This document shows, in pieces, positions 27,924 to 35,612 of a DNA stretch of 64,000 bases. The translations under genes and the position numbers were made by a program. The DNA lies in the IMG/VR virus record IMGVR_UViG_3300021964_009390, positions 62,001 to 126,000 of that record. The stretch is one strand, 5' to 3'. Under the pieces are notes generated by a model. That model saw only the letters and a list, made by a program, of their open reading frames with translations. It was not told the origin of the DNA and searched no databases. Each line of letters opens with the position of its first letter. The stretch's first letter is position 1.

Positions 27924-28091
27924 TTATTTGTAAAGTATGTCACTAAATTCATATTTCAAACTGTCTTTCAAATCCTCATAAACAGCTATTCTGATTCCTT
28001 CTTCTCCATAACTCTCATAATCTCCACTTCTCTTCAAATCAGCTCTCATCTGGTCCATCATATACTCTATCAATTCTTTCAACCTATCCAT
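27924..28091 (-). CDS. Small acidic early protein (55 aa, absent from ORF track)
   Basis: MDRLKELIEYMMDQMRADLKRSGDYESYGEEGIRIAVYEDLKDSLKYEFSDILYK; RBS AGAAAGGAAAGTT. Confidence 0.7.
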   Translation of the reverse strand: MDRLKELIEYMMDQMRADLKRSGDYESYGEEGIRIAVYEDLKDSLKYEFSDILYK

Positions 28092-28105
28092 AACTTTCCT
28101 TTCTA

Positions 28106-28345
28106 TTATTTTAAAACCTTATCTATTTCAGATTTAGCTACATCCTCAATAGCCATATTAGTATTTGTCATCACATTCTCTTCAGTATTCAACATCACTC
28201 CCTCTCTATCATCAGAAGAAGCTGCATCATACTCACCATCCTCCTCATTCATCTCTCTCAATTCAGTTAAGGATTGGAGATAGAATGTTTTGATGAAATG
28301 TTCAAACTGCTCAAAACTTATATCCTTTTCAGTATCAATTATCAT
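28106..28345 (-). CDS. Small acidic early protein
   Basis: Leaderless ATG after TTGTCC-17-TATAAT. Confidence 0.7.
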   Translation of the reverse strand: MIIDTEKDISFEQFEHFIKTFYLQSLTELREMNEEDGEYDAASSDDREGVMLNTEENVMTNTNMAIEDVAKSEIDKVLK

Positions 28346-28351
28346 AAAATG

Positions 28352-28453
28352 ATTATATGAAGAGCTGATGAAATGGACAACTTTTTCTCCCAGAAAAAAT
28401 CAGGTGCGCCAGGGAGAGAAAAAGTTGCAGGTTTGAGCAGTTTTCACTATCAT
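28352..28453. promoter_or_regulatory. Back-to-back divergent early promoters within a 12-bp inverted repeat
   Basis: CAACTTTTTCTC 28378-28389 / GAGAAAAAGTTG 28416-28427; -10 boxes at 28352-28357 (-) and 28448-28453 (+). Confidence 0.8.
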
Positions 28454-28459
28454 GTTAAT

Positions 28460-28579
28460 ATGGAAAGAGAATATTACATAATGGAAGTAGAAGGAGCAGG
28501 ATGTTATTGTTTATGTTATGATGATGTAGATGGTAATAGAGTTGTTGTGGATTGGGATTTAGAGATAAGGGAGGACTAA
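28460..28579 (+). CDS. 39-aa acidic early protein
   Basis: Leaderless ATG; only 3 C in 120 nt. Confidence 0.65.
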   Translation: MEREYYIMEVEGAGCYCLCYDDVDGNRVVVDWDLEIRED

Positions 28580-28642
28580 AAGTTGTCCTTTTTGCTAGGA
28601 GGATTTAAAATAAGATTTTAAATTAGTAAAGAAAGGAAAGTT

Positions 28643-28813
28643 ATGAGAGAAGAATTGAAAAAGATTTTAGTGATTAGTTTGTATGATGGAAGTAATGAGA
28701 TTGATGAAGTGGATGAGGAGATGATGAGAGAGATTGAGAGGAGTAGTGAGAAGTGTAAGAAGGGTGATAAGGTGATTTGGATGGATGAAGAGTTTATGTA
28801 TTTGGAATTGTAA
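28643..28813 (+). CDS. 56-aa acidic early protein encoded without any cytosine (absent from ORF track)
   Basis: MREELKKILVISLYDGSNEIDEVDEEMMREIERSSEKCKKGDKVIWMDEEFMYLEL; promoter TTGTCC(28583)-17-TAAAAT, RBS AGAAAGGAAAGTT. Confidence 0.75.
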   Translation: MREELKKILVISLYDGSNEIDEVDEEMMREIERSSEKCKKGDKVIWMDEEFMYLEL

Positions 28814-28851
28814 AAGTTGTCCTTTTCAAATGATCACCTTATAATTAGAGC

Positions 28852-29067
28852 ATGAAAAGGATTAGAAGTTACAGTTTTGGATATGATATTGACAACATTA
28901 AAGATGTGCAATCTTATGTGATTGACAATTATGATGAAGGAGATTACAACATCCATATTGCTAGAGGAGATGATGTGATGAATTATATGACAATCTTGAG
29001 AGGAGAAGATGAGGAGTTGGATGGATTGATCGACAGTTGTTATGGTGAGGGTGATTTTGAAGAATAA
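28852..29067 (+). CDS. Highly acidic small early protein
   Basis: Leaderless ATG after TTGTCC-17-TATAAT; Asp/Glu-rich. Confidence 0.7.
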   Translation: MKRIRSYSFGYDIDNIKDVQSYVIDNYDEGDYNIHIARGDDVMNYMTILRGEDEELDGLIDSCYGEGDFEE

Positions 29068-29106
29068 AAAGTTGTCCATTTGAGCAGCAGACACTATTAT
29101 CATAAT

Positions 29107-29322
29107 ATGGAAGAAGAAAACAACATATGGGAACAAATGGAAACGCACATGCACGAGAATCTGGGAACGTACGGACTCAAGATGATGGATGCATTTTTAG
29201 ATTTGAAAGAATCAGCTGAAGATTGCGGAATGTGTCCGCAAGACACTCCTGAACGTCAGGAACGATTTGAACAGATGAATGGAGAGGCTCATGCTCCAGG
29301 AAGCAGACAACCATCTGAATAA
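29107..29322 (+). CDS. Small acidic protein with CxxC
   Basis: Leaderless ATG after TTGTCC-17-TATTAT. Confidence 0.65.
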   Translation: MEEENNIWEQMETHMHENLGTYGLKMMDAFLDLKESAEDCGMCPQDTPERQERFEQMNGEAHAPGSRQPSE

Positions 29323-29362
29323 AAAGTTGTCCATTCAAGCAGCAGACGCTATTATATAAACA

Positions 29363-29479
29363 ATGAAGATAAGATCTACGATACGCGCCAAGGCCACTCA
29401 GGCCCACGCACGACACAACAAGACGCTGGATCGTAAGCGCAAACACAGGAAGGATTATAAGTTATGTTCACAATATTAA
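29363..29479 (+). CDS. 38-aa basic peptide (RKRKH motif)
   Basis: ATG 7 nt after TATTAT; MKIRSTIRAKATQAHARHNKTLDRKRKHRKDYKLCSQY. Confidence 0.45.
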   Translation: MKIRSTIRAKATQAHARHNKTLDRKRKHRKDYKLCSQY

Positions 29480-29658
29480 GAGGAAAGACCGCCATCATCG
29501 ACTGTCAAGATCTACAAGCCGCGATACGATTCGTGCAGAGTCTGGAGAGCGGAATGAATCGTCACAAGGATCATTCACCATACACCATCGTCAAGGCGGA
29601 GGATGTGGAACGACCAGGTGTGAAGATCGGAGCACCTGACGCGTTCGTCACAAACTAA
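29464..29658 (+). CDS. Hypothetical protein
   Basis: AAGGA RBS. Confidence 0.55.
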   Translation: MFTILRGKTAIIDCQDLQAAIRFVQSLESGMNRHKDHSPYTIVKAEDVERPGVKIGAPDAFVTN

Positions 29659-29744
29659 AAGTTGACCGTCTGAGCACCAGAGCATACAATTAAGAATAAT
29701 CAGGCAATCAAGCCATCAAACAAAATATAAGGAAAATAACAGTT

Positions 29745-30074
29745 ATGTCAAAAGGAAAAAACACTCGCAAAGCAAAAGTATTTTACACATTACAAGACGC
29801 GTACGGCAAGGACGTGCGCATCGACTTGAACAACTATCGAGTCATCTGCAACAAGACCGGCAAACGCAAGAGCTTCTATCACAAGTACTTGTTCAATCTG
29901 ATCAGTCGCAAGTACGAAAGCAACATCGATCGCTTCAGAACCGAGTATACTAGCAGAGAGGCCGCTCCCAGCAAGAACGAACGACGCGCCAAGCAGCTTC
30001 AGGCACGCATCGATCGTCTGTACAACCAGATTCGAGAGCTCAAAGCCACAAGAAACGAGCTGGTTGTTGACTAA
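29745..30074 (+). CDS. Basic hypothetical protein (C..TG..Y..Y.SREA), related to 40983
   Basis: Promoter 29662-29690, AAGGA RBS, terminator downstream. Confidence 0.7.
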   Translation: MSKGKNTRKAKVFYTLQDAYGKDVRIDLNNYRVICNKTGKRKSFYHKYLFNLISRKYESNIDRFRTEYTSREAAPSKNERRAKQLQARIDRLYNQIRELKATRNELVVD

Positions 30075-30099
30075 ATTTCTTCCATAACTGATCCTAACC

Positions 30100-30138
30100 A
30101 GGGGCTGGTGAATAGAGTAGCCAGCCCCTCTTGTTTTT
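30100..30138 (+). terminator. Rho-independent terminator
   Basis: AGGGGCTGG...CCAGCCCCT followed by CTTGTTTTT. Confidence 0.7.
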
Positions 30139-30176
30139 AAGTTGACATCACCCATGAAACATCATACAATAAACAT

Positions 30177-30806
30177 ATGAAAACGATAACCACACTAGTC
30201 ACTCTGATGATCGTGTCAGTTGCATCAGCAGCGATCATCGACCGAAACAGGGACGGCATCCCTGACACCACTCGTGAATGGAACGTGCCAGAGTTCACCG
30301 ATCAGAACATTCATGGATTCACACCCAGCGACTCGTTGGCAGGAGCGTTACGAATGGCAGCACGCAACTCGCTGGAGCCTGATCCGTTCGGTGCCGACAC
30401 AACCAACACCAGAACACGACCTTTGACTCCTGATCAGAAACGATTGAACGAGCAGCTGTTGGCCAGATACAAACAAGAGTTAGAAGCTCATCTGAACAAC
30501 ATCACTCCTGAACCAGATGAGGACACGCTGCAGGCTCAGATCGCTCGATTGAACCAAGAGTATGTGAACCGAGCTGCAGAACTTGACCGAGTGATTCAAC
30601 TGGATGGTACAGTGGTGACACGTGACAACACTGACGCCAACTCGACTGGTCAATCATCCGCTTACGAATCAGATTCAGAATCGAATCAACTGGCCATGGC
30701 CGCCATTGGAGGTGGAGGCTTGCTTGCCGGACTCGCCAGTGGTGTTGTGGCATGGAGAAGGCGTCGAGAAACTGACCCGGCTGCTCTAGAAACAACCACG
30801 CTCTGA
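30177..30806 (+). CDS. Exported protein with DxNxDG Ca-binding-like loop and C-terminal TM plus RRRR anchor
   Basis: Signal peptide ..VASA; DRNRDGIPD; AMAAIGGGGLLAGLASGVVAWRRRR. Confidence 0.7.
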   Translation: MKTITTLVTLMIVSVASAAIIDRNRDGIPDTTREWNVPEFTDQNIHGFTPSDSLAGALRMAARNSLEPDPFGADTTNTRTRPLTPDQKRLNEQLLARYKQELEAHLNNITPEPDEDTLQAQIARLNQEYVNRAAELDRVIQLDGTVVTRDNTDANSTGQSSAYESDSESNQLAMAAIGGGGLLAGLASGVVAWRRRRETDPAALETTTL

Positions 30807-31024
30807 GACCACAACACTCTCTGAGACTCAACCTGGTCTAGACCACAGGGTATGAAACTTTGTGATATACAGGCCAGGTTTGGTGTGTTCGAAAATGTGC
30901 ATGGGAAAATTTTTTTGCGCGATTTTTTGAGGCATGTATATAAGCGGTTTTGCCTGGTCCACGACCACCACGACCTGAGCGTAGCGAATGTAGATTATTG
31001 CATCTCGGAAACATAAATAGCCAC

Positions 31025-31360
31025 ATGACACAACCCATGATCGAATCTATCGGACTAGTCGCAGGTGCCACTGGTCTGATCGCGTGGATACCACAGTTAC
31101 AGACAGTGTGGTTCAAGCGAGAACACCGAGGTGTGAATCGAGGCACTCTGATGATCATATTCACAGCGTTGTGCATGTGGTGTGTGTACGGAGTGTTACG
31201 AGAGGCCTGGGCTGTATGTGCGAGCAACGCATGCAGCGGCATGCTGGTGGCCACGATATTCGCCCGTGTCACCTGGCTCAGATCACAGCAAACAGCACCA
31301 GATCCGGACATCCAACAGTACGAACAACACATCGTGAGCACCGACTCATGGGAGACATGA
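31025..31360 (+). CDS. SemiSWEET/PQ-loop (MtN3) transporter
   Basis: IGLVAG...IAWIPQ; G(V)N..T; MWCVYG; SN; three TM helices; TAAATA-5nt-ATG. Confidence 0.8.
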   Translation: MTQPMIESIGLVAGATGLIAWIPQLQTVWFKREHRGVNRGTLMIIFTALCMWCVYGVLREAWAVCASNACSGMLVATIFARVTWLRSQQTAPDPDIQQYEQHIVSTDSWET

Positions 31361-31425
31361 CACCTGGTCGGCGGCAGGCTGAAGGTTGCTACGCAACGTT
31401 GCCGATGACGCGCGGGGGTTGACGA

Positions 31426-32016
31426 ATGCTGAGCCATGAACATAAGTATATTTTTCTCCATGTACCCAAGTGCGGAGGTTCTTCTGTAGTTGCAGCACTG
31501 TCGAGACACCCACATAGCAAAAAATTCAAAACTGGGCACCCGGTGCTGGCTAGTTACTTCGATGAGTTCGGTGATAATGTCCGGGATTACTTTATTTTCT
31601 CCATTGTGAGGAATCCGTTCGCAAGAGCGGTCAGTGCGTTCAAGTACCTTCAAAAAGGAGGAAGTAAAAGTTCATCAGACATAAGAGACCGAGATCAATT
31701 TGACATGAAAGGCTTGGATTTTAATAAATTTGTATTGAAATATTTTGACCAAAAAACACCTCTACATTTTCGTTCTCAAGCGGCATTTATAGGTGAATAT
31801 TTTAAACATGTAGACTATATTGGTAAACTCGAAAATATACAGTTGGATTTTGATAATATTTGTGACAAAATTGGAATCTCAAGAAAAAAACTTCCACATG
31901 TGAATAAAACCAATCACTTGCATTACACCGAGTATTATGATGATGAAACTCGTGAACTTGTTACAGAACGATACGCAAGAGATATTGAATTGTTTGGTTA
32001 CGAATTTGGTGAATGA
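31426..32016 (+). CDS. Sulfotransferase family 2
   Basis: FLHVPKCGGSS, VRNPFARAVS, HFRSQ, shared tail. Confidence 0.9.
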   Translation: MLSHEHKYIFLHVPKCGGSSVVAALSRHPHSKKFKTGHPVLASYFDEFGDNVRDYFIFSIVRNPFARAVSAFKYLQKGGSKSSSDIRDRDQFDMKGLDFNKFVLKYFDQKTPLHFRSQAAFIGEYFKHVDYIGKLENIQLDFDNICDKIGISRKKLPHVNKTNHLHYTEYYDDETRELVTERYARDIELFGYEFGE

Positions 32017-32630
32017 TATATGGACCTCGATGTATGAAGAAAACAATTTATATAAGGATGCCAAGATGTGGATCTTTTACAGTGGTCAGTCTTTGTGAAA
32101 AAAATAATATTAAATATTACGGTGGTAGAGATATGGGTTTTTGGAACTATAATACAAACCATACAAAGAATACTTCACCGAAACTGTACAAATGCGTAGA
32201 AAACTATGTAAATGAAAAAGTGTATAATGAAAGTTTCATCTTTACAACTGTAAGGAATCCGTATTCCCGTGCAGTTTCAATGTATAAACACGAATCATGG
32301 GACTCCGCGAGAACTTTCAGCGACTTTTGTAATAAACTTATAAGAGATGAATACCCTTCAAAATTTGCAAAATGGCATAGCTCCACCTTGACAGAGCATA
32401 TTGTCGATAAGGATATTCTCAAAGTTGATTTTGTAGTCAAACTTGAAAATTTTCAACAAGACTTCGATACGGTCTGCGACAAAATAGGGATACCACGTCA
32501 ACAACTTCCACATGAAAACAAATCAAAACACAAACACTACACCGAATACTATGATGAAGAAACAAAACAAATTGTTGCGGAACGATACGCACGTGACATC
32601 GAGTTGTTCGGGTATGAATTTGATAAATAA
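32013..32630 (+). CDS. Sulfotransferase family 2
   Basis: YIRMPRCGS, VRNPYSRAVS, shared tail. Confidence 0.88.
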   Translation: MIYGPRCMKKTIYIRMPRCGSFTVVSLCEKNNIKYYGGRDMGFWNYNTNHTKNTSPKLYKCVENYVNEKVYNESFIFTTVRNPYSRAVSMYKHESWDSARTFSDFCNKLIRDEYPSKFAKWHSSTLTEHIVDKDILKVDFVVKLENFQQDFDTVCDKIGIPRQQLPHENKSKHKHYTEYYDEETKQIVAERYARDIELFGYEFDK

Positions 32631-32635
32631 CTAAC

Positions 32636-33364
32636 ATGAAAGCTATAGTGCAGAGTTGCGACAGATATCACAGTATGGCTCAAAACATGCTGGTTCAATA
32701 CGAAAAATTATGGCCATCTAATCCTTTTACATTCAGGGTCCCATGGAATGAAAAATATCCAGAAGTTATAGAAAATCAATTTGGAAGTAAAATAGAATTA
32801 ATTAACGCTGGAATTAAATTTAAGCAAACATTTCATGCACTAACTAAAGATCTTGATGACAATGACTGGGTTTATTGGTGTATTGATGACAGATACCTAA
32901 TAAGCATTGAAGAAGGGGAAGCTAATCAAGTTCTTAATTTTGTAGAATCAATTAAAAACCCTAACATCATTAATGTGTGCTTTCATTTTGTCAGGTATAT
33001 AAAAGATTCTGCAAATTGTATACAAAGAGAAGGCTCAGGTGTAGAAATTTATTTTGAAAACTTGAGATTTATACAACACAAATCTTTTATCAACAATTGG
33101 TTGCACCAATTTTTTAGAGTTAAAGCGTTAAGAGAGTTCTGGAGGCACATAGAAGAGCCACCTCAATATCAAGCCATACAAATGGATTACAGCACAAAAC
33201 CTTTAAATGGAATTTCTTTAACTTTAGACCATAATATATCCAGGTACGGAGAAAGCACGGAGGGGGGAACGATCACAAAAAATTGTCAAAATAGTTGTAT
33301 TGAAAATAATATATCAATCCCAAAAATTTTTTTATCAAAAAAACAAAAAACAATTATTATTTAA
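32636..33364 (+). CDS. Putative GT-A-like glycosyltransferase
   Basis: VQSCDRY, WP, VYWCIDDRY (DxD-like); AT-rich cargo gene. Confidence 0.5.
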   Translation: MKAIVQSCDRYHSMAQNMLVQYEKLWPSNPFTFRVPWNEKYPEVIENQFGSKIELINAGIKFKQTFHALTKDLDDNDWVYWCIDDRYLISIEEGEANQVLNFVESIKNPNIINVCFHFVRYIKDSANCIQREGSGVEIYFENLRFIQHKSFINNWLHQFFRVKALREFWRHIEEPPQYQAIQMDYSTKPLNGISLTLDHNISRYGESTEGGTITKNCQNSCIENNISIPKIFLSKKQKTIII

Positions 33365-33367
33365 AAT

Positions 33368-33400
33368 CAGGACATTGAGTATTTTGGGTACGAATTCGAA
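33368..33400 (+). repeat. Orphan copy of the sulfotransferase 3' constant sequence
   Basis: 30/33 identical to 34006-34038 (encodes QDIE.FGYEFE) but intergenic. Confidence 0.8.
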
Positions 33401-33462
33401 CAAACGTCCAAAAAAGAATGGTAATACAGTAATGGATCAGGCTAAATAATTATATTATTAAT

Positions 33463-34044
33463 ATGATCAACCACAAACACAAATTTATTTTTATTCACAT
33501 ACCAAGAACTGGTGGGACTAGTATAGAGCAACAGTTTAGTTATAATGGAGATCGTTCTGGAGACGGAAAAAAACATTGGAATCTAGATCAATACAAAGAT
33601 GTATTATCCAACGAACAATTTGATAATTATTTTAAATTCACTTTCATCAGGAACCCCTGGGATATTGTAATTTCTAAATATATGGATAGAGGTTGGTATT
33701 CTAGCCCCATCAAAGGAAGGGGCGGTAAAATTGGATATTATTCCGGGCAAAAGTTAAGTTATTTTTTAAATCATTATCAACCCGCCAGACATGAGTATGG
33801 AGATAGTTTTTTTGATTATTTCAACCCCAAACAAATTGATTTTGTTGGCCGTTTTGAAGATAGAAGGAAAGGTTTAAATTTTATATCAAAAAAAATCGGC
33901 ATTAATCTTAATCCTCAAACTAAATCTAGATCCAATTCTGACAAAAAACACTACACCGAATACTACGATGATGAGACAAGACAAATGGTTGCGGAAAGAT
34001 ATGCACAGGACATTGAGTTGTTCGGGTACGAATTCGAATCGTGA
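33463..34044 (+). CDS. Sulfotransferase family 2
   Basis: FIHIPRTGGTS, IRNPWD..IS, VGRFE, shared tail. Confidence 0.9.
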   Translation: MINHKHKFIFIHIPRTGGTSIEQQFSYNGDRSGDGKKHWNLDQYKDVLSNEQFDNYFKFTFIRNPWDIVISKYMDRGWYSSPIKGRGGKIGYYSGQKLSYFLNHYQPARHEYGDSFFDYFNPKQIDFVGRFEDRRKGLNFISKKIGINLNPQTKSRSNSDKKHYTEYYDDETRQMVAERYAQDIELFGYEFES

Positions 34045-34856
34045 ATATAAAAAATATTAATACAATTAAGTTATTTTCTGATCCACTGTTCGATGCGCAT
34101 TTTTCTGTCGATCCTGGTTCTAAATTTTTAATATTTAAATCAATAGATTTTAAAACGGTAAGTGCTACATTAAAAGTAGATCCGGTGAGTCTGGTTAAAT
34201 TTTTAAACGATATATGTATGGAGATGTATAGAAATGGTAAAACTAATGGTATACCTCGAGATGTGTCGATAAATTTACATGATCATTATTTTTGTGCGGA
34301 AACTATAAGAGATATATATTCAGGTATTATTTCTGACCTGCTAGCGGACAATAGTGAATGGAGTACAAACGAAATTGTTTCATTTGGGTTTTTATGCGGT
34401 AACACTAAACCTCAAAGATTGAAATACATTGAAATGGGTAAAAGTTTTTCTCAACTAAACTACATATCGACAAAAAAATACAATAGGTACTCCAAAGATA
34501 CAGACGGCTTCACAAGCGTGATAAAATTAAAAAAAGATTATAAGTATTTTATCGATTTAACCGGTCATAGCTACAGTACTAAAACATATCAATTTCTAGC
34601 ATCCAAACGCGTATACTTCACTTCTAAACATAATGAGATTTTAGACTGGGAAGCAAATCACTTAAAACCCTGGGAAAATTACATCCCGGTTGAAGATGAT
34701 CTTTCAGATCTTATAAGTAAATATCAAACAATAGAATCAAACCCGGTATTATATAAAAAAATTATTAAAAATAATACCAATTTGATAGCAAATCAACTCT
34801 CTCATAAATTAATGTTACAGCATTTAATAAAGACTATTTCAGCGTACATTATATAA
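34041..34856 (+). CDS. Glycosyltransferase family 90 (CAP10-like)
   Basis: YKYFIDLTGHSYS....L, LKPWENYIPV..DLSDL. Confidence 0.75.
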   Translation: MNIKNINTIKLFSDPLFDAHFSVDPGSKFLIFKSIDFKTVSATLKVDPVSLVKFLNDICMEMYRNGKTNGIPRDVSINLHDHYFCAETIRDIYSGIISDLLADNSEWSTNEIVSFGFLCGNTKPQRLKYIEMGKSFSQLNYISTKKYNRYSKDTDGFTSVIKLKKDYKYFIDLTGHSYSTKTYQFLASKRVYFTSKHNEILDWEANHLKPWENYIPVEDDLSDLISKYQTIESNPVLYKKIIKNNTNLIANQLSHKLMLQHLIKTISAYII

Positions 34857-34903
34857 ATATAAGGAAGTTGAAAAATAATCAATTGTAGTTAATTATATAT
34901 ATT

Positions 34904-34975
34904 ATGAGAGTAGCTGTAACTGGAACTGCGTGTGTAGGTAAAAGCACATTTGTGAATGATTTTTTAAAAAATTGA
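34904..34975 (+). pseudogene. Truncated P-loop kinase/ATPase N-terminus
   Basis: MRVAVTGTACVGKSTFVNDFLKN*: intact Walker A then stop. Confidence 0.65.
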
Positions 34976-34976
34976 T

Positions 34977-35612
34977 ATGAACATCAATTTATATGTGTCA
35001 TACTATAAGGATAAAATAAACGAGAGGAATCTGGAGCTAGAGCAGTGCCTGCTCGGTAATCTAACCAATGCCGCGGTAGACAACGTATATCTGCTAGCTG
35101 AAAACACCCCACCAAAACGGTTTCGGACTAACAGTAAAGTCACTGTCATACCACATAAACGACCCACGTTCACCAATTTTTTCAACATTGTGAACGACAC
35201 AACAGGTGCAAAGGATCTGAACATAGTCGTGAACAGTGACATCTACCTACCGGACAACATCGCGGACATACACCCTCATGTGAGTATGGACACAGTAGCA
35301 TGCATGTCCCGGTGGGAGTTACAATCTGATGGTTCGCTTGTACAGGCACGCGGACCACGTGGTGACAGCCAGGACGCGTGGATGTGGAGAGGCAAGATTC
35401 GCGAGGTGGATTACAGTGACTTCAACCTGGGTGTACTGGGTTGTGACAATCGAATAGCCTGGGAGTTCATGAACGTGGGTTATCGATTGATAAATCCATG
35501 CGAGACATTCAAAATAGCCCATGTACACAACTCCAAAGTCAGAAATTACAGATACAATGATCTGAATGACAAAGTGTCTGGACCATACCAGTTTGTGTCA
35601 CATAGCGCATGA
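34977..35612 (+). CDS. Putative glycosyltransferase-like protein
   Basis: VVNSDIY, SRWE, DSQDAW, LG..GCDNRI, HVH. Confidence 0.6.
   Translation: MNINLYVSYYKDKINERNLELEQCLLGNLTNAAVDNVYLLAENTPPKRFRTNSKVTVIPHKRPTFTNFFNIVNDTTGAKDLNIVVNSDIYLPDNIADIHPHVSMDTVACMSRWELQSDGSLVQARGPRGDSQDAWMWRGKIREVDYSDFNLGVLGCDNRIAWEFMNVGYRLINPCETFKIAHVHNSKVRNYRYNDLNDKVSGPYQFVSHSA

Noticed and set aside
18822-30170. CRISPR array or integron attC array formed by the recurring AAAAGTTG motif
   Set aside because: Spacing is irregular, each copy has a -10 hexamer 17 nt after the -35, and there is no cas or integrase gene; these are promoters.
30838-31653. 271-aa minus-strand ORF
   Set aside because: Shadow of the SemiSWEET and sulfotransferase genes plus intergenic DNA; implausible composition.
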